This document shows, in pieces, positions 18,848-31,694 of a stretch of 64,000 bases of DNA. A program made the translations under genes and the position numbers. The notes beneath the pieces were generated by a model, which worked only from the letters and a program-made list of their open reading frames with translations, had not been told where the DNA came from and did not search any database. Source of the DNA: a bacterium (lineage in GTDB: Bacteria > Desulfobacterota_D > UBA1144); the NCBI GenBank assembly GCA_018654605.1, contig JABILG010000018.1, forward strand, positions 24,702-88,701. The letters run 5' to 3'. Position 1 is the stretch's first letter; every line of letters begins with the position of its first letter.

Positions 18848-19404
18848 TACTTAGCACCTTTTCCGCCTGCAGCCTTACCTGCTTTTAATTTTACTACTTC
18901 TCCAGTATACCTAACACCCTTACCTTTATATCTTTCTGGCTTTCTAAGCTTACGAATCCTAGCAGTGACTTCACCTACCAATTCTTTATCAACGCCAGAT
19001 ATCTTTAGCAAAGTTCCTTTATTTTCAACTTCAGCATCTATAGACTCAGGCAAGTTAAAGTTTATTGGGTTCGAATATCCCAAGTTTAAGACTAACTCAT
19101 TTTTAGATTTAACATCACATTTATAACCTGTTCCTATTATATCTAATGATTTTTGAAAACCTTCTTTAACCCCAATAACCATATTATTAACTAAGGATCT
19201 AGTAAGACCATGGAAGGCTTTTATTCTTTTCTCCTCACTATTCCTACTAACATTAACTCTTCCTGCCTCTATATTAAGAGTTATACCTTCTGGTATTGAT
19301 CTTTGAAGGATACCTTTTGGTCCTGAGATTTTTACTACGTTGCCCTCTAAGACTACTTCAACATCTTCACTGAAAACAATTTCTTTATTACCTATTCTTG
19401 ACAT
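18847..19404 (-). CDS. rplF: 50S ribosomal protein L6
   Basis: 185 aa (MSRIGNKEIVFSEDVEV). Confidence 0.9.
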   Translation of the reverse strand: MSRIGNKEIVFSEDVEVVLEGNVVKISGPKGILQRSIPEGITLNIEAGRVNVSRNSEEKRIKAFHGLTRSLVNNMVIGVKEGFQKSLDIIGTGYKCDVKSKNELVLNLGYSNPINFNLPESIDAEVENKGTLLKISGVDKELVGEVTARIRKLRKPERYKGKGVRYTGEVVKLKAGKAAGGKGAK

Positions 19405-19412
19405 AACTACAC

Positions 19413-19811
19413 CTATATAATACTACAGAGTATTTCTCCACCAACTCCTATTTCTCTAGCCTTACTTCCGGTCATAACACCTTTTGATGTTGATATGATT
19501 GAAGTACCTAAACCGCCTAGTATTCTAGGAATCTCTGTTTTGTTAACATAAACTCTTAGACCGGGCTTGCTTATTCTTTTGATTTCTTTTATAACCGACG
19601 TTCTTTTATCTTTGCTATATTTTAAATTAATTTTAATGAAGGAAAATTTATCTTTTGAAATTTTATCAAATGATTGAATAAATCCTTCCTCTTCAAGAAT
19701 CTTTGCAATTTGAAGCTTAAACTTTGAATTAGGTATTTCGACAGCTTTATGTCTTGCATTGATTGCATTTCTAATTCTTGTTAACATATCTGATATTGGG
19801 TCTGTAACCAT
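19413..19811 (-). CDS. rpsH: 30S ribosomal protein S8
   Basis: 132 aa ([16 protein letters not shown]). Confidence 0.9.
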   Translation of the reverse strand: MVTDPISDMLTRIRNAINARHKAVEIPNSKFKLQIAKILEEEGFIQSFDKISKDKFSFIKINLKYSKDKRTSVIKEIKRISKPGLRVYVNKTEIPRILGGLGTSIISTSKGVMTGSKAREIGVGGEILCSII

Positions 19812-19826
19812 AATTTTATCCTCTGA

Positions 19827-20012
19827 CTATAAACTAGCCTTTCTAACTCCTGGTATTAAGCCTTCGCTTGCAAGTTTCCTAAATGCGTTCCTACTCATAC
19901 CAAACTTTCTAATAAATCCCCTTGCTCTTCCTGTTATTGGGCACCTATTATATTCTCTTACCTTAAATTTTTGCTTCTTCTTTGCTTTTACAATCATTGA
20001 TTTTTTTGCCAT
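19827..20012 (-). CDS. rpsN: 30S ribosomal protein S14, short (61-aa) form without a complete Zn-binding Cys set
   Basis: 61 aa ([43 protein letters not shown]) with a single Cys only. Confidence 0.85.
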   Translation of the reverse strand: MAKKSMIVKAKKKQKFKVREYNRCPITGRARGFIRKFGMSRNAFRKLASEGLIPGVRKASL

Positions 20013-20024
20013 CTATATACTCTC

Positions 20025-20570
20025 CTAACGCTTGAATGGAAACCCTAACTTTTCTAATAAAATTTTAGACTGCGAATCATTCCTAGCGGTTGTCACTATT
20101 GTTACATTTAGCCCTTTAACTTTAGTTGATTTTGTTGGATCAATTTCAGGAAATACTAAATGATCTTGGATTCCTAAGTTGTAATTACCGCTTTTATCAA
20201 AAGCTTTATTTGATATCCCTCTAAAGTCCCTAACTCTAGGAAGAGCCAAGTTCACTAGTTTTGATAAAAATTCATACATTCTATCTCCTCTTAGTGTTAC
20301 TCTAGAGCCTATTGGATAACCTTCTCTCAATTTAAATCCAGCCTCTGATTTCTTTGCTTTAGTTACGACTGCTTTTTGACCTGCAATTAATGTAAGTTCG
20401 TTACATGCTTCATCAATTATTTTAGTATCTTTACCAGCATCTGATATCTTTCCGAGTCCCATATTTAAAACAACCTTAACTATTTTAGGAACTTCCATTT
20501 TATTTTTTAATTTTAAAGAGCTCATAATGGTAGGTATGGACTCTATATATAGTTCTTTAATACTAGACAT
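20025..20570 (-). CDS. rplE: 50S ribosomal protein L5
   Basis: 181 aa. Confidence 0.9.
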   Translation of the reverse strand: MSSIKELYIESIPTIMSSLKLKNKMEVPKIVKVVLNMGLGKISDAGKDTKIIDEACNELTLIAGQKAVVTKAKKSEAGFKLREGYPIGSRVTLRGDRMYEFLSKLVNLALPRVRDFRGISNKAFDKSGNYNLGIQDHLVFPEIDPTKSTKVKGLNVTIVTTARNDSQSKILLEKLGFPFKR

Positions 20571-20802
20571 TTCCTATCACCTTTATGTTTGATATATGAA
20601 TACCTTTTTCTATATTAACAATCCCACCACTTGGATTTTGTTGGGTTGGCTTAACATGCTTCTTTGCAATATTTATATTCTCTATAGTTACTCGATCAAG
20701 TTTACTTGATACACTTGTTATTTTTCCAACTTGTCCTTTATACTTTCCAGCTATAATTTTAGCATTTAGTCCTTTTTTTGGTTTTAATTTTAAGTCTGAC
20801 AT
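20563..20802 (-). CDS. rplX: 50S ribosomal protein L24 (short)
   Basis: 79 aa with a KOW motif (KIIAGKYKGQVGKI), in the position between L14 and L5. Confidence 0.8.
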   Translation of the reverse strand: MSDLKLKPKKGLNAKIIAGKYKGQVGKITSVSSKLDRVTIENINIAKKHVKPTQQNPSGGIVNIEKGIHISNIKVIGNV

Positions 20803-21171
20803 TTATATAACCTCCGGAGCTAAGGATACAATCTTCATGAAACCTCTATTTCTTAACTCTCTTGCGACAGGTCCAAATATTCTGGTCCCAACAGGTTGAT
20901 TATCTTTATTAATTAAAACGGCTGCATTATCATCAAATCTAATATATGAACCATCTGACCTTCTTATTTCTTTTTTAGTTCTTACAATAACTGCTTGAAA
21001 TATTTTACCTTTCTCAACTTTTGAGTTAGGAATAGCTGCTCTTATAGAAACTGTTACAATATCTCCTATACTAGCATAGCGTCTATATGAACCACCTTTA
21101 AGCCTTATAACATTCAATTTTTTGGCTCCTGAATTATCAGCGGAAACTAACTGAGTTTCTGGTTGAATCAT
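20803..21171 (-). CDS. rplN: 50S ribosomal protein L14
   Basis: 122 aa ([18 protein letters not shown]). Confidence 0.9.
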   Translation of the reverse strand: MIQPETQLVSADNSGAKKLNVIRLKGGSYRRYASIGDIVTVSIRAAIPNSKVEKGKIFQAVIVRTKKEIRRSDGSYIRFDDNAAVLINKDNQPVGTRIFGPVARELRNRGFMKIVSLAPEVI

Positions 21172-21428
21172 TGACTAGCTCCTTTCTCTATGACTTTAAT
21201 TAAATTCCATTTTTTTGTTTTACTAATAGGCTTTGTTTCTACGGCTTCGATTATATCTCCCACTTCTGCAACCATTTTTTCATCATGAACAGGAAACTTC
21301 TTTTTAAGAATAGAAACCTTATCATATTTCTTATTCTTACTCCTAGTTTCAATTTGAACCATTAATGTTTTTAAAGATGAGTTTTTAACTACTAGTCCTT
21401 TAACTGTTCTCATTCTTCCTCTAGACAT
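21168..21428 (-). CDS. rpsQ: 30S ribosomal protein S17
   Basis: 86 aa. Confidence 0.85.
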   Translation of the reverse strand: MSRGRMRTVKGLVVKNSSLKTLMVQIETRSKNKKYDKVSILKKKFPVHDEKMVAEVGDIIEAVETKPISKTKKWNLIKVIEKGASQ

Positions 21429-21431
21429 AAC

Positions 21432-21626
21432 TTATTCCTTCCCTCTTGAATTTATTTCTGTCATACACCTAGCTATATCTTTTTTTATTTTCTTATAGCT
21501 ATTAGTATCAAAATCACCCTGATTCAACTTATTAATTTTAGCTTTGAGTAATGAATCTTTTAATTCTTGGATCTTATTCTCAATCTCTATTGTATCTAGT
21601 TTTTTAATATCCTTAGTATAAATCAT
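21432..21626 (-). CDS. rpmC: 50S ribosomal protein L29
   Basis: 64 aa helical protein between L16 and S17. Confidence 0.8.
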   Translation of the reverse strand: MIYTKDIKKLDTIEIENKIQELKDSLLKAKINKLNQGDFDTNSYKKIKKDIARCMTEINSRGKE

Positions 21627-22045
21627 ATCAACTGTCCCCTTGTTCTTACTACAAACCTAGTTCTAACAGGCAGTTTATTTGAGGCTAATCTAAGTGCTTC
21701 CCTAGCTAATTCTTCATCTACTCCAGCAATTTCATATATCATTGTCCCTTTTTTAATTGGTGCAACATATCTATCAATATCACCCTTACCTTTACCCATT
21801 CTAACCTCTGCAGGTTTCTTGGAAACTGGCTTATGTGGAAAAATTCTTATCCACAATTTAGCTCCACGTCTTACGCTCCTATTGATTGCAATCCTTGCAG
21901 CCTCTATTTGTCTTCCGGTAATTCTTGCAAAATCTAGCGACTGTAAGCCAAACTCTCCAAAAGAGACTTTGTTACACTTTGTTGCCACGCCTCTAACTCT
22001 ACCTTTATGTTGCTTTCTATATTTACTTTTCTTAGGCTGCAGCAT
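21623..22045 (-). CDS. rplP: 50S ribosomal protein L16
   Basis: 140 aa ([16 protein letters not shown]). Confidence 0.9.
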   Translation of the reverse strand: MLQPKKSKYRKQHKGRVRGVATKCNKVSFGEFGLQSLDFARITGRQIEAARIAINRSVRRGAKLWIRIFPHKPVSKKPAEVRMGKGKGDIDRYVAPIKKGTMIYEIAGVDEELAREALRLASNKLPVRTRFVVRTRGQLI

Positions 22046-22703
22046 TTGCTTCTCCTTTAGGTTGTTTTTTTCTCAATACTTCGCCCTTAAAAATCCATAC
22101 TTTAATTCCAATCTTACCGTAAGTAGTATTTGCTTCGGCAAAACCATAATCTATATCCGCTCTTAGTGTACTCAAAGGAACTCTACCTTCTCTGTACCAC
22201 TCACTTCTAGCAATTTCTGCACCATTTAGCCTTCCAGAAACCATGATTTTTATTCCAATTGCACCTAATCTTAAAGCAGAGGTTAGACTCCTCTTCATTG
22301 CTCTTCTATAAGCAACTCTTCTTTCTAATTGTAGTCCGATATTTTCTGCAACTAGCTGTGAATCAATCTCTGGTCTTTTAATTTCCTTGATATCAATAAA
22401 GATTTCTTTGCTAACCATTTTTGACAAATTCTTTCTTAACAAATCGATATCTGCACCTTTTCTGCCAATTAACAATCCAGGTTTAGAACAGAAAATTATT
22501 ATTCTAATTTTATCAGTTGACGATCTTTCTATTTCAATCTTAGATATTCCTGACTGAAAGAAATTCTTTTTTATAAAAGTCCTAATTTTTAAGTCTTCAT
22601 GAAGAAAAGTTTTATAAGTATCTTTATTAGCGACAAACCAATTAGAATTCCATGTTCTCGTAATTCCGACTCTTATTGATATTGGATTTACTTTTTGTCC
22701 CAT
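22032..22703 (-). CDS. rpsC: 30S ribosomal protein S3
   Basis: 223 aa ([14 protein letters not shown]). Confidence 0.9.
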   Translation of the reverse strand: MGQKVNPISIRVGITRTWNSNWFVANKDTYKTFLHEDLKIRTFIKKNFFQSGISKIEIERSSTDKIRIIIFCSKPGLLIGRKGADIDLLRKNLSKMVSKEIFIDIKEIKRPEIDSQLVAENIGLQLERRVAYRRAMKRSLTSALRLGAIGIKIMVSGRLNGAEIARSEWYREGRVPLSTLRADIDYGFAEANTTYGKIGIKVWIFKGEVLRKKQPKGEANAAA

Positions 22704-23041
22704 TATTTCACCTTCTCATCTAATACTATAGTTATATGACTCAATCTTTTTAGTTTTCTTGTTGCTCTTCCCATCGCTCTAGGTGTAAATCTTTTTAAAG
22801 TTGTTCCTTCTGTAGCATAAGCTTCGGATACAAAAATTTTTTCAGAATCTGTAAAACCTTTTTCATATGCATTTGAGACTGCAGATTTTAATGTTTTAGA
22901 TACTTCTTCCTTAGAACCTTGCTTTAATGTTTTCAAAAGCATAAAAGCATAATCAACATTTCTACCTCTAATTGTTTCCAATACTAAGTTAACCTTCCTA
23001 GGTGTTCTTCTAGCATATTTAAGTATCGCTTTTGCTATCAT
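22703..23041 (-). CDS. rplV: 50S ribosomal protein L22
   Basis: 112 aa. Confidence 0.85.
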   Translation of the reverse strand: MIAKAILKYARRTPRKVNLVLETIRGRNVDYAFMLLKTLKQGSKEEVSKTLKSAVSNAYEKGFTDSEKIFVSEAYATEGTTLKRFTPRAMGRATRKLKRLSHITIVLDEKVK

Positions 23042-23322
23042 TACCTACCACCCTTCTTTTTGTCTCCACCGGCATGAGAATTAAATGTTCTAGTCGGAGA
23101 AAATTCCCCTAATTTGTGACCCAACATATACTCTGTTGCATAAACAGGTATAAACTTCTTGCCGTTATAAACAGCAAATGTGAGTCCAAGCATATCAGGA
23201 ACAATCATTGACCTTCTTGACCAGGTTTTAATTATCTTTTGACTGTCAGTTTCCTTTGCTTTTACAACCTTCTTCATTAACTTGTCGTCAACGAAGGGTC
23301 CTTTTTTTATCGATCTACCCAT
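23041..23322 (-). CDS. rpsS: 30S ribosomal protein S19
   Basis: 93 aa ([12 protein letters not shown]). Confidence 0.9.
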   Translation of the reverse strand: MGRSIKKGPFVDDKLMKKVVKAKETDSQKIIKTWSRRSMIVPDMLGLTFAVYNGKKFIPVYATEYMLGHKLGEFSPTRTFNSHAGGDKKKGGR

Positions 23323-23331
23323 TTTCTATAA

Positions 23332-24180
23332 TCACCTCTTGTCCATTCCGTAACCGATTCGTCTTCTCTTAACAATTAATTTATCAGTTCTTGGATTATG
23401 CCTTGTTTTCTTACCTATTGTTATCCAACCCCACTTAGAAACTGGATGTGGATTACCTCTGGCTGCTTTACCTTCACCGCCTCCATGAGGATGATCGACT
23501 GGATTCATTGCAACACCTCTTACTTTTGGTCTTCTACCAAGATGACGATTTCTCCCAGCTTTTCCAATTACAATTTGATTGTGCTTGTCGTTGCCTAACT
23601 TGCCAATAGTTGCTCTGCAAATAGAACGTACATATCTTGTTTCACCAGAACTCAACTTAATCATAGTTAAATCCTTTTCATTTCCTAGTACCTGAGCATA
23701 GGCACCAGCTGATCTAGCTAATTTCCCACCATTGCCAGGTGACAATTCAATATTATGGATGATTGTTCCTTCTGGAATATTCTTTAGCTCCAAAGAATTA
23801 CCAGTGATAATTTCAGTTTTTGAAGAAGCAATAATTCTATCTCCAACTTTTATACCTAATGGAGCTAAAATATATCTCTTTTCTCCATCCAAATAGTTTA
23901 TAAGTGCTATTCTAGATGTCCTATTAGGGTCATACTCAATAGTTTTTACTATACCAGGGACATCAATTTTATCTCTTTTAAAATCAATAATTCTATAAAG
24001 CTGCTTGTGTCCACCACCTCTACTCTTAGAGGTAATCCTTCCTAGATTATTTCTACCTTTTTTATTATGTGAGTATGTTAGCAAAGGCTTATAGGGAGAT
24101 TTAGTTGTTATCTCGTCATAATCAGCTGATGTCATAAATCTTCGACCAGCACTAGTAGGTTTATATTTTCTAATTCCCAT
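23332..24180 (-). CDS. rplB: 50S ribosomal protein L2
   Basis: 282 aa. Confidence 0.9.
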   Translation of the reverse strand: MGIRKYKPTSAGRRFMTSADYDEITTKSPYKPLLTYSHNKKGRNNLGRITSKSRGGGHKQLYRIIDFKRDKIDVPGIVKTIEYDPNRTSRIALINYLDGEKRYILAPLGIKVGDRIIASSKTEIITGNSLELKNIPEGTIIHNIELSPGNGGKLARSAGAYAQVLGNEKDLTMIKLSSGETRYVRSICRATIGKLGNDKHNQIVIGKAGRNRHLGRRPKVRGVAMNPVDHPHGGGEGKAARGNPHPVSKWGWITIGKKTRHNPRTDKLIVKRRRIGYGMDKR

Positions 24181-24181
24181 A

Positions 24182-24472
24182 CTAAACTCCTTGTACTATT
24201 TCTATCTTTCCTTCTTTGAGTGTTACAAATGCTTTCTTTTGCTTTGACCTCTTTCCGATTGGTCTACCGCCTTTCATGACTTTTTTGCCAGGCTTTATAG
24301 ATGTCCTTATATCTTTAACTTTTACATCAAAGAATTTTTGAACTGCATCTCTTATTTCATTTTTTGTAGATTTTGGATTAACTTCGAACACGTAACACTC
24401 TTCTTGGCTCATTGCTTGAGTTTTCTCGGTTACTAGAGGCTTAATTATTATATCTGAAACATATTTTTTCAT
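24182..24472 (-). CDS. rplW: 50S ribosomal protein L23
   Basis: 96 aa. Confidence 0.85.
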   Translation of the reverse strand: MKKYVSDIIIKPLVTEKTQAMSQEECYVFEVNPKSTKNEIRDAVQKFFDVKVKDIRTSIKPGKKVMKGGRPIGKRSKQKKAFVTLKEGKIEIVQGV

Positions 24473-25089
24473 TATTTTAACCTCTCAACTAATGTTGTAA
24501 GAGTTGCTTTATCAATCAATATTGACTTGTAGTTAAGTAAGTCGTAAACATTAACACCTTCTGATTTAATTAATTTTAGCTTTTCAATATTTCTTGAAGC
24601 AAGATTAATGTTCTCGCTCTCTGTGTCAGAAACTATTAATAATTTATCTGCTAATTTAAATGGCTTTAGAAGAGAAATTAAATCTTTAGTCTTATGACTC
24701 TTAAGATCTATCACATCTACTACTGTAATTGTTTCTTGCTTTAGTTTGTATAAAACACTATGAAACAAAGCTAATTTCTTTATTTTCTTTGGTACATTAA
24801 TAGACCAATCTTTAGGTGTAGGACCAAATATTACACCCCCACCACGCCAAATAGGTGACGTCCTAGAGCCAGCTCTAGCATTTCCAGTACCTTTCTGCTT
24901 AAATGGTTTTTTATTACTGGCATTAACCATGGCACGGTTTTTAGTTGACGCCGTCCCTGATCTTCTTTTAGAAAGCTGCCACTTTACTACCTGACTAATG
25001 GCTTTCCTATTGATTTCAACATTATCATCAAAGTTTAAATCAAACTTTTCTATTTCTTTATTCTTAATATCTACTATGCCAATATTCAT
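24472..25089 (-). CDS. rplD: 50S ribosomal protein L4
   Basis: 205 aa. Confidence 0.85.
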   Translation of the reverse strand: MNIGIVDIKNKEIEKFDLNFDDNVEINRKAISQVVKWQLSKRRSGTASTKNRAMVNASNKKPFKQKGTGNARAGSRTSPIWRGGGVIFGPTPKDWSINVPKKIKKLALFHSVLYKLKQETITVVDVIDLKSHKTKDLISLLKPFKLADKLLIVSDTESENINLASRNIEKLKLIKSEGVNVYDLLNYKSILIDKATLTTLVERLK

Positions 25090-25829
25090 TAACCTTTCCT
25101 TGTATGGTTCACATAAACTACAGAGCCATTGGAACCAGGGACAGAACCCTTTATTAAAATTAAATTATCTTCTAAATCAATTCCTAAAACTTTTAAGCCT
25201 TGAATTGTTGAATTCTTGCCACCATATCTACCTGCCATTTTTTGACCTTTCCATACCCTTCCAGGATAAGCACAAGCTCCAATGGAGCCGCCTGACCTTT
25301 GGTTTTGGGGTGTTCCATGAGTATGTCTCAGTCCAGCAAAATTATGACGCTTAATAACACCTGCAAAGCCTCTTCCTTTAGATTTAGAAGTAACATCTGC
25401 AATATCACCTTCTTTGAATATATCAGCTTTAATCTCTTCACCAGGTTTAATTTCTACTTCAGGATTTAATAAATCAAATTCTTTGACGTATTTTATTGGT
25501 TTAACTTTTAATTTTGATAAATACCCTAGCTTTGATTTTGTAAGCAATCTAGGCTTTGCTTCTTGGAAGCCGATTTTGAGCGAAGTCTTATCTTTTTTTA
25601 CTTTCTTTTCTAAAGCTAAGCAAGGTCCTAGTTTAATCACTGTAGTTGGAACAACTGTTCCATCATCTGTAATAGTTTGTGTCATGCCAACCTTAGTGCC
25701 AATCAAGCCACTAAGCTTTATTTCAGACCCACTGGGCATATCTAACGATGATGACTCTTCAGGACTATCTGTTGAAGGTTCAGCAGTATCTAAATCTTTT
25801 TTCTCTTTAACTTCTATATCATCTGACAT
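25089..25829 (-). CDS. rplC: 50S ribosomal protein L3, apparently with an acidic ~35-aa N-terminal extension
   Basis: The core GLIGTKVGMTQ begins at residue ~42. The ATG at 25829 abuts the rpsJ stop and has an AAGGTG Shine-Dalgarno; the alternative internal Met at 25739 has no SD. Confidence 0.8.
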   Translation of the reverse strand: MSDDIEVKEKKDLDTAEPSTDSPEESSSLDMPSGSEIKLSGLIGTKVGMTQTITDDGTVVPTTVIKLGPCLALEKKVKKDKTSLKIGFQEAKPRLLTKSKLGYLSKLKVKPIKYVKEFDLLNPEVEIKPGEEIKADIFKEGDIADVTSKSKGRGFAGVIKRHNFAGLRHTHGTPQNQRSGGSIGACAYPGRVWKGQKMAGRYGGKNSTIQGLKVLGIDLEDNLILIKGSVPGSNGSVVYVNHTRKG

Positions 25830-26150
25830 CTAAACACCTTGTAATTTGATTTCTACCTCTACACCGGAAGCTAAATCAAGCTTCATTAACGAGTCAATGG
25901 TTTGCTGGGTAGGTTCAAGAATATCAACAAGGCGCTTATGTGTTCTCATCTCAAAATGTTCACGAGAATTTTTGTAAACATGAGGAGCTCTTAAAACACA
26001 AGTTCTAGATATATTGGTCGGAAGTGGTATCGGACCTGCAACCTTAGCACCGGTTCTCTTAACCGTGTCAACAATCTCAAAAGTAGACTTATCTAATAAT
26101 CTATGATCAAAAGATTTAAGTTTTATTCTTACTTTTGGTGCGGTTTCCAT
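25830..26150 (-). CDS. rpsJ: 30S ribosomal protein S10
   Basis: Start placed at the internal [17 protein letters not shown] (the ORF extension overlaps tuf). This gives 106 aa. Confidence 0.85.
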   Translation of the reverse strand: METAPKVRIKLKSFDHRLLDKSTFEIVDTVKRTGAKVAGPIPLPTNISRTCVLRAPHVYKNSREHFEMRTHKRLVDILEPTQQTIDSLMKLDLASGVEVEIKLQGV

Positions 26151-26172
26151 ATTTTCTCTCTTTGTATTAAAT

Positions 26173-27366
<1,194 letters not shown>

Positions 27367-27393
27367 ATTGTATGTCCCTCCTAAATAATGACA

Positions 27394-29466
27394 TTACGCT
27401 TCTTCTAATTTCATCTTTTCGTAAATATGCTGTGGCACATCACTATAAGTTGAAAACTCCATTGTAAATGTTGCACGGCCTTCTGTCAAGGAGCGTACAT
27501 CAGTGGCATATCCAAACATTTCAGATAAAGGAACCTCAGTTTGAACTCCTTGTAGCTCACCTCTTGATTCTGTGCCTTGAATTCTTCCTCTTCTTGAATT
27601 CAAATCGCCGATAACAGTTCCCATAAAATCTTCTGGAACTACAACTTCAACTTTCATAACTGGCTCCAGAACAACTGCCCCGGCTTTTCTTACAGCATCC
27701 TTAAATGCAAGAGATCCTGCAATTTTAAAAGCCATTTCTGATGAATCAACATCGTGAAAAGAACCATCATAAAGTGTTACTTTTACATCCACAACTTCAT
27801 ATCCGGCGACAACTCCGCCAAGCATTGCTTCTTTTACCCCTTTTTCTACAGCGGGTATGAATTCTTTTGGAATAGTTCCACCCTTAATTTTATCTACGAA
27901 TTCAAATCCTCCGCCAGTTTCTAGCGGCTCAATTTTAATCTTTACATGTCCATATTGACCTTTACCGCCAGTCTGTTTTATGTATTTTTGTTCTGCTTCA
28001 CTTTCTTTTCTAATAGTTTCTCGATATGCAACCTGCGGGGCCCCTACGTTAGCCTCAACACTAAATTCTCTTTTAAGTCTATCTACGATAATTTCAAGAT
28101 GAAGCTCACCCATTCCAGCAATAATAGTCTGGTTTGTTTCATGGTCAACTTTAACTTTAAATGATGGATCTTCTATCGCAAGTTTACTTAGAGCCATTCC
28201 TAATTTTTCCTGATCAGCCTTCGTATTTGGTTCAATTGCTACTGAAATTACAGGATCTGGGAAATTTAAACTTTCTAAAACTATAGGATTAGACTTATCA
28301 CATAAAGTTTCTCCGGTATAAGTATTTTTTAATCCAACGGCTGCGGCAATATCACCGGCACAAACAGAAGTAATGTCTTCTCTCTTGTCAGCATGCATTT
28401 TAAGTAGTCTTCCAACTCTTTCAGTTGCATTCTTAGTAGGATTAAAAACAGCTGATCCAGAGTTTAAAACTCCAGAGTATACCCTGATATATGTAATAGT
28501 TCCCACAAAAGGATCGGTCATAATTTTAAAAGCTAGAGCTGAGAGTGGTTCATCATCACTTGGTACTCTTTCCATTTCTTTGGATTCATCATCAACATCT
28601 GTTCCTTTAATCGGTGGTATATCCAAAGGTGATGGTAAGTACCTTTTTACAGCATCTAAAAGTAGCTGAACGCCCTTGTTTTTAAAGGCTGAGCCACATA
28701 TAACTGGAACAATGTCTAAATTGATTGTCTGCTTTCTTATAGCAGCAATTATTCTATCTCTATCAATATCTTTTCCTTCCAGATAATCTTCCATTATTGT
28801 TTCATCATTATCAGATAGTAATTCAAGCATATTGTCCCTTGTAGACTTAGCTTCTTCTAGGATTTCTTCAGGAATATCAACAAGACTAAACTTTGCTCCC
28901 AATGATTCCCCATCCCATATTGCTAGTTTCATTTCAATTAAATCAACAATCCCTTCAAAAAGATCATTCTTAAAATAAGGTATATGAAGTCTTACCGGAT
29001 TTGAACCCAAACGAGACTTTATTTGATCTACAGTTCTTTGAAAGTTTGCACCTGTACGATCCATTTTATTAACGAAACACATTCTTGGTACGTTATATCT
29101 GTCAGCTTGTCTCCAAACAGTCTCAGACTGTGGCTCTACGCCACCTACACTGTCAAAAACAACACATGCACCATCTAAAACCTTCAATGAACGCTCAACT
29201 TCAATTGTAAAGTCAACGTGCCCCGGCGTATCAATTATGTTTATATCTATACCGTCCCAACTACAAGCAGTAGTTGCCGAAGTAATTGTAATACCTCTTT
29301 CTCTTTCATGCTCCATCCAATCCATAGTGGCCGCGCCATCATGTACTTCGCCTATTTTGTAACTTTTTCCAGTATAAAAGAGAATTCTTTCAGTAGTTGT
29401 TGTTTTACCTGCATCGATATGTGCAACAATCCCAATATTTCTAACTAAATTTAAATCTTTACTCAT
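27394..29466 (-). CDS. fusA: elongation factor G
   Basis: 690 aa ([20 protein letters not shown]). Confidence 0.95.
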   Translation of the reverse strand: MSKDLNLVRNIGIVAHIDAGKTTTTERILFYTGKSYKIGEVHDGAATMDWMEHERERGITITSATTACSWDGIDINIIDTPGHVDFTIEVERSLKVLDGACVVFDSVGGVEPQSETVWRQADRYNVPRMCFVNKMDRTGANFQRTVDQIKSRLGSNPVRLHIPYFKNDLFEGIVDLIEMKLAIWDGESLGAKFSLVDIPEEILEEAKSTRDNMLELLSDNDETIMEDYLEGKDIDRDRIIAAIRKQTINLDIVPVICGSAFKNKGVQLLLDAVKRYLPSPLDIPPIKGTDVDDESKEMERVPSDDEPLSALAFKIMTDPFVGTITYIRVYSGVLNSGSAVFNPTKNATERVGRLLKMHADKREDITSVCAGDIAAAVGLKNTYTGETLCDKSNPIVLESLNFPDPVISVAIEPNTKADQEKLGMALSKLAIEDPSFKVKVDHETNQTIIAGMGELHLEIIVDRLKREFSVEANVGAPQVAYRETIRKESEAEQKYIKQTGGKGQYGHVKIKIEPLETGGGFEFVDKIKGGTIPKEFIPAVEKGVKEAMLGGVVAGYEVVDVKVTLYDGSFHDVDSSEMAFKIAGSLAFKDAVRKAGAVVLEPVMKVEVVVPEDFMGTVIGDLNSRRGRIQGTESRGELQGVQTEVPLSEMFGYATDVRSLTEGRATFTMEFSTYSDVPQHIYEKMKLEEA

Positions 29467-29478
29467 TTTTAATACGAC

Positions 29479-29949
29479 CTACCAGCGATAGTGTGAGAAA
29501 GCTCTATTAGCTTCTGCCATTTTTAAAGTGTCTTCTTTTTTCTTTGCTGCTCCACCTTTGTTGTCTTTTGCATCCATAATCTCGGAAGCCAACTTTAAAG
29601 CCATGCTTTTACCATCTCTTTTTCTTGCAGCTGTTAAAATCCATCTGATAGCAAGAGAATTCTTTCGTGACGAGGTTACTTCAACCGGAACTTGATATGT
29701 CGCACCACCAACTCTCCTTGACCTTACTTCAACAGTAGGTTGAATATTCTTAAATGCTTCTTCAAAAACTTCTAATGGGTCAGCCTTCGTTTTATCCTTA
29801 ATTATATCCAATGAATCATAGAATATTGTCTCTGCTATACTTTTTTTGCCATCAACCATTAATGAGTTTATAAATTTAGATATGGACACCTTATTATACT
29901 TAGTATCAGGTGCTGGTATATTGTTTTTAATTGGTCCTTTTCTTGACAT
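29479..29949 (-). CDS. rpsG: 30S ribosomal protein S7
   Basis: 156 aa. Confidence 0.9.
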   Translation of the reverse strand: MSRKGPIKNNIPAPDTKYNKVSISKFINSLMVDGKKSIAETIFYDSLDIIKDKTKADPLEVFEEAFKNIQPTVEVRSRRVGGATYQVPVEVTSSRKNSLAIRWILTAARKRDGKSMALKLASEIMDAKDNKGGAAKKKEDTLKMAEANRAFSHYRW

Positions 29950-29963
29950 GTGAAAAAATATCC

Positions 29964-30341
29964 TTAATTAGCTTTTGGTTTTTTTGTCCCGTATTTAGAT
30001 CTAGACTGCTTTCTTCCCTCAACACCAGTAGTATCTAGAGAACCTCTTACTATATGATATCTAACACCAGGTAAGTCTTTGACTCTCCCGCCTCTAATTA
30101 ATACGACTGAATGTTCTTGCAATTTATGCCCTTCACCAGGAATGTAGCCAGTTACCTCAATTCCATTTGTAAGTCTAATTCTTGCAACTTTCCTTAAAGC
30201 AGAATTAGGCTTTTTAGGTGTAGTTGTATAAACACGTGTACAGACACCTCTTTTTTGGGGATTATTTTGCAATGCTCTAGACTTACTTTTCTTCTTTTCA
30301 GTAAATCTAGCATTTTTAGCTAGTTGAGTTATCGTAGGCAT
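29964..30341 (-). CDS. rpsL: 30S ribosomal protein S12
   Basis: Start at the internal [10 protein letters not shown], giving 125 aa (the ORF track extends 12 codons further). Core [36 protein letters not shown]. Confidence 0.85.
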   Translation of the reverse strand: MPTITQLAKNARFTEKKKSKSRALQNNPQKRGVCTRVYTTTPKKPNSALRKVARIRLTNGIEVTGYIPGEGHKLQEHSVVLIRGGRVKDLPGVRYHIVRGSLDTTGVEGRKQSRSKYGTKKPKAN

Positions 30342-30398
30342 AATTTCCTCATATTTAATCCTTGAAATATGCCACACTTGTTTGGTATGTCAAGAGAG

Positions 30399-31673
30399 TT
30401 AAGCAATTTTTATTAGACCCTTCTTCCCTATATCTTTTCTGTAAACCAAATTAGTCGAATCTAGCTTGTCAACAGATCTATATGCTGATGAGATTGCATC
30501 TTTTAGAGTATCACCCTCAGCAGTTACCCCTAATACTCTTCCTCCATTGATATTAATGTCCCCATTTACTTTTCTTGTACCTGCATGAAAAATTTCTACA
30601 TTTTTGTCTTGAAACTCTGATAAGTTTTTAATTGGGATGCCAGTTTCATACTTTCCTGGATATCCTTTAGCGGCCATTACAACGGTAACTGAGGATTTTT
30701 TCTTCCATTCTAATTTATATTTAGAAAGTTCTTCTTTAGCTGTCATATAAAAGAGATCAAAAGCATCTGAATTTAATCTAAATAGAAGTGGTTGAGTTTC
30801 CGGATCACCAAAACGACAATTAAACTCTACTACTTTAGACTTTTTATCCTTTATCATTAAACCAATATACAAGACACCAGTATAGTCAATTCTATCTCTC
30901 TTAAATGCAGCGAAGACCGGATCTACAACATCAACCATTATATTTTCTCTGGTTTCTTGATCAACAATAGGCGCAGGAGAATAGGCTCCCATACCTCCAG
31001 TATTGGGACCAAGGTCACCATCGAGAAGCCTTTTGTGATCCTGAGATGAGTCTAATGGTAAGATTGATTTTCCATCTGTAAAAACAAAGAAAGAGGCTTC
31101 CTCACCTTCTAAAAAGTCTTCTATGACAACTTTATCACCAGAGGTCGAGAATATTTTATCTTGCATTATAAAGATTAAAAATTCATTTGCTTCTTCAAAA
31201 TTATAACAAACACGAACTCCTTTGCCAGCAGCTAAACCGTCAGCCTTAACAACTAAAGGATACTCTGATCTTTTAATATGTTCTCGTGCTAAATCAAAAT
31301 CAGAGAAGCTTTCAAAATTAGCAGTAGGTATATCATTCTTCTTCATAAAAATTTTAGAGAATTCTTTACTTGATTCGAGTTGAGATGAATGCTGGTTAGG
31401 TCCAAATATTAGTAATTTATTTCTTCTAAATAAGTCAACTATTCCAATTGCAAGTGGTTGCTCTGGTCCAACAATTGTTAAATCAATTTCTTCATTAAGT
31501 GCAAAATCTAGCAATCCGTCTAAGTCATCTAGTCTAATATTTACTATGTTTACAATTGAATCTATTCCTGCATTTCCAGGAGCACAAAAAACTTTAGATA
31601 CCTTTGGGCTTTTTAATATAGACCAACATATTGCATGCTCTCTGCCACCGGATCCAACGACTAACACTTTCAT
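30399..31673 (-). CDS. purD: phosphoribosylamine--glycine ligase
   Basis: 424 aa (MKVLVVGSGGREHAI). Confidence 0.85.
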   Translation of the reverse strand: MKVLVVGSGGREHAICWSILKSPKVSKVFCAPGNAGIDSIVNIVNIRLDDLDGLLDFALNEEIDLTIVGPEQPLAIGIVDLFRRNKLLIFGPNQHSSQLESSKEFSKIFMKKNDIPTANFESFSDFDLAREHIKRSEYPLVVKADGLAAGKGVRVCYNFEEANEFLIFIMQDKIFSTSGDKVVIEDFLEGEEASFFVFTDGKSILPLDSSQDHKRLLDGDLGPNTGGMGAYSPAPIVDQETRENIMVDVVDPVFAAFKRDRIDYTGVLYIGLMIKDKKSKVVEFNCRFGDPETQPLLFRLNSDAFDLFYMTAKEELSKYKLEWKKKSSVTVVMAAKGYPGKYETGIPIKNLSEFQDKNVEIFHAGTRKVNGDININGGRVLGVTAEGDTLKDAISSAYRSVDKLDSTNLVYRKDIGKKGLIKIA

Positions 31674-31694
31674 GTTATAAATTATAATAAATTT

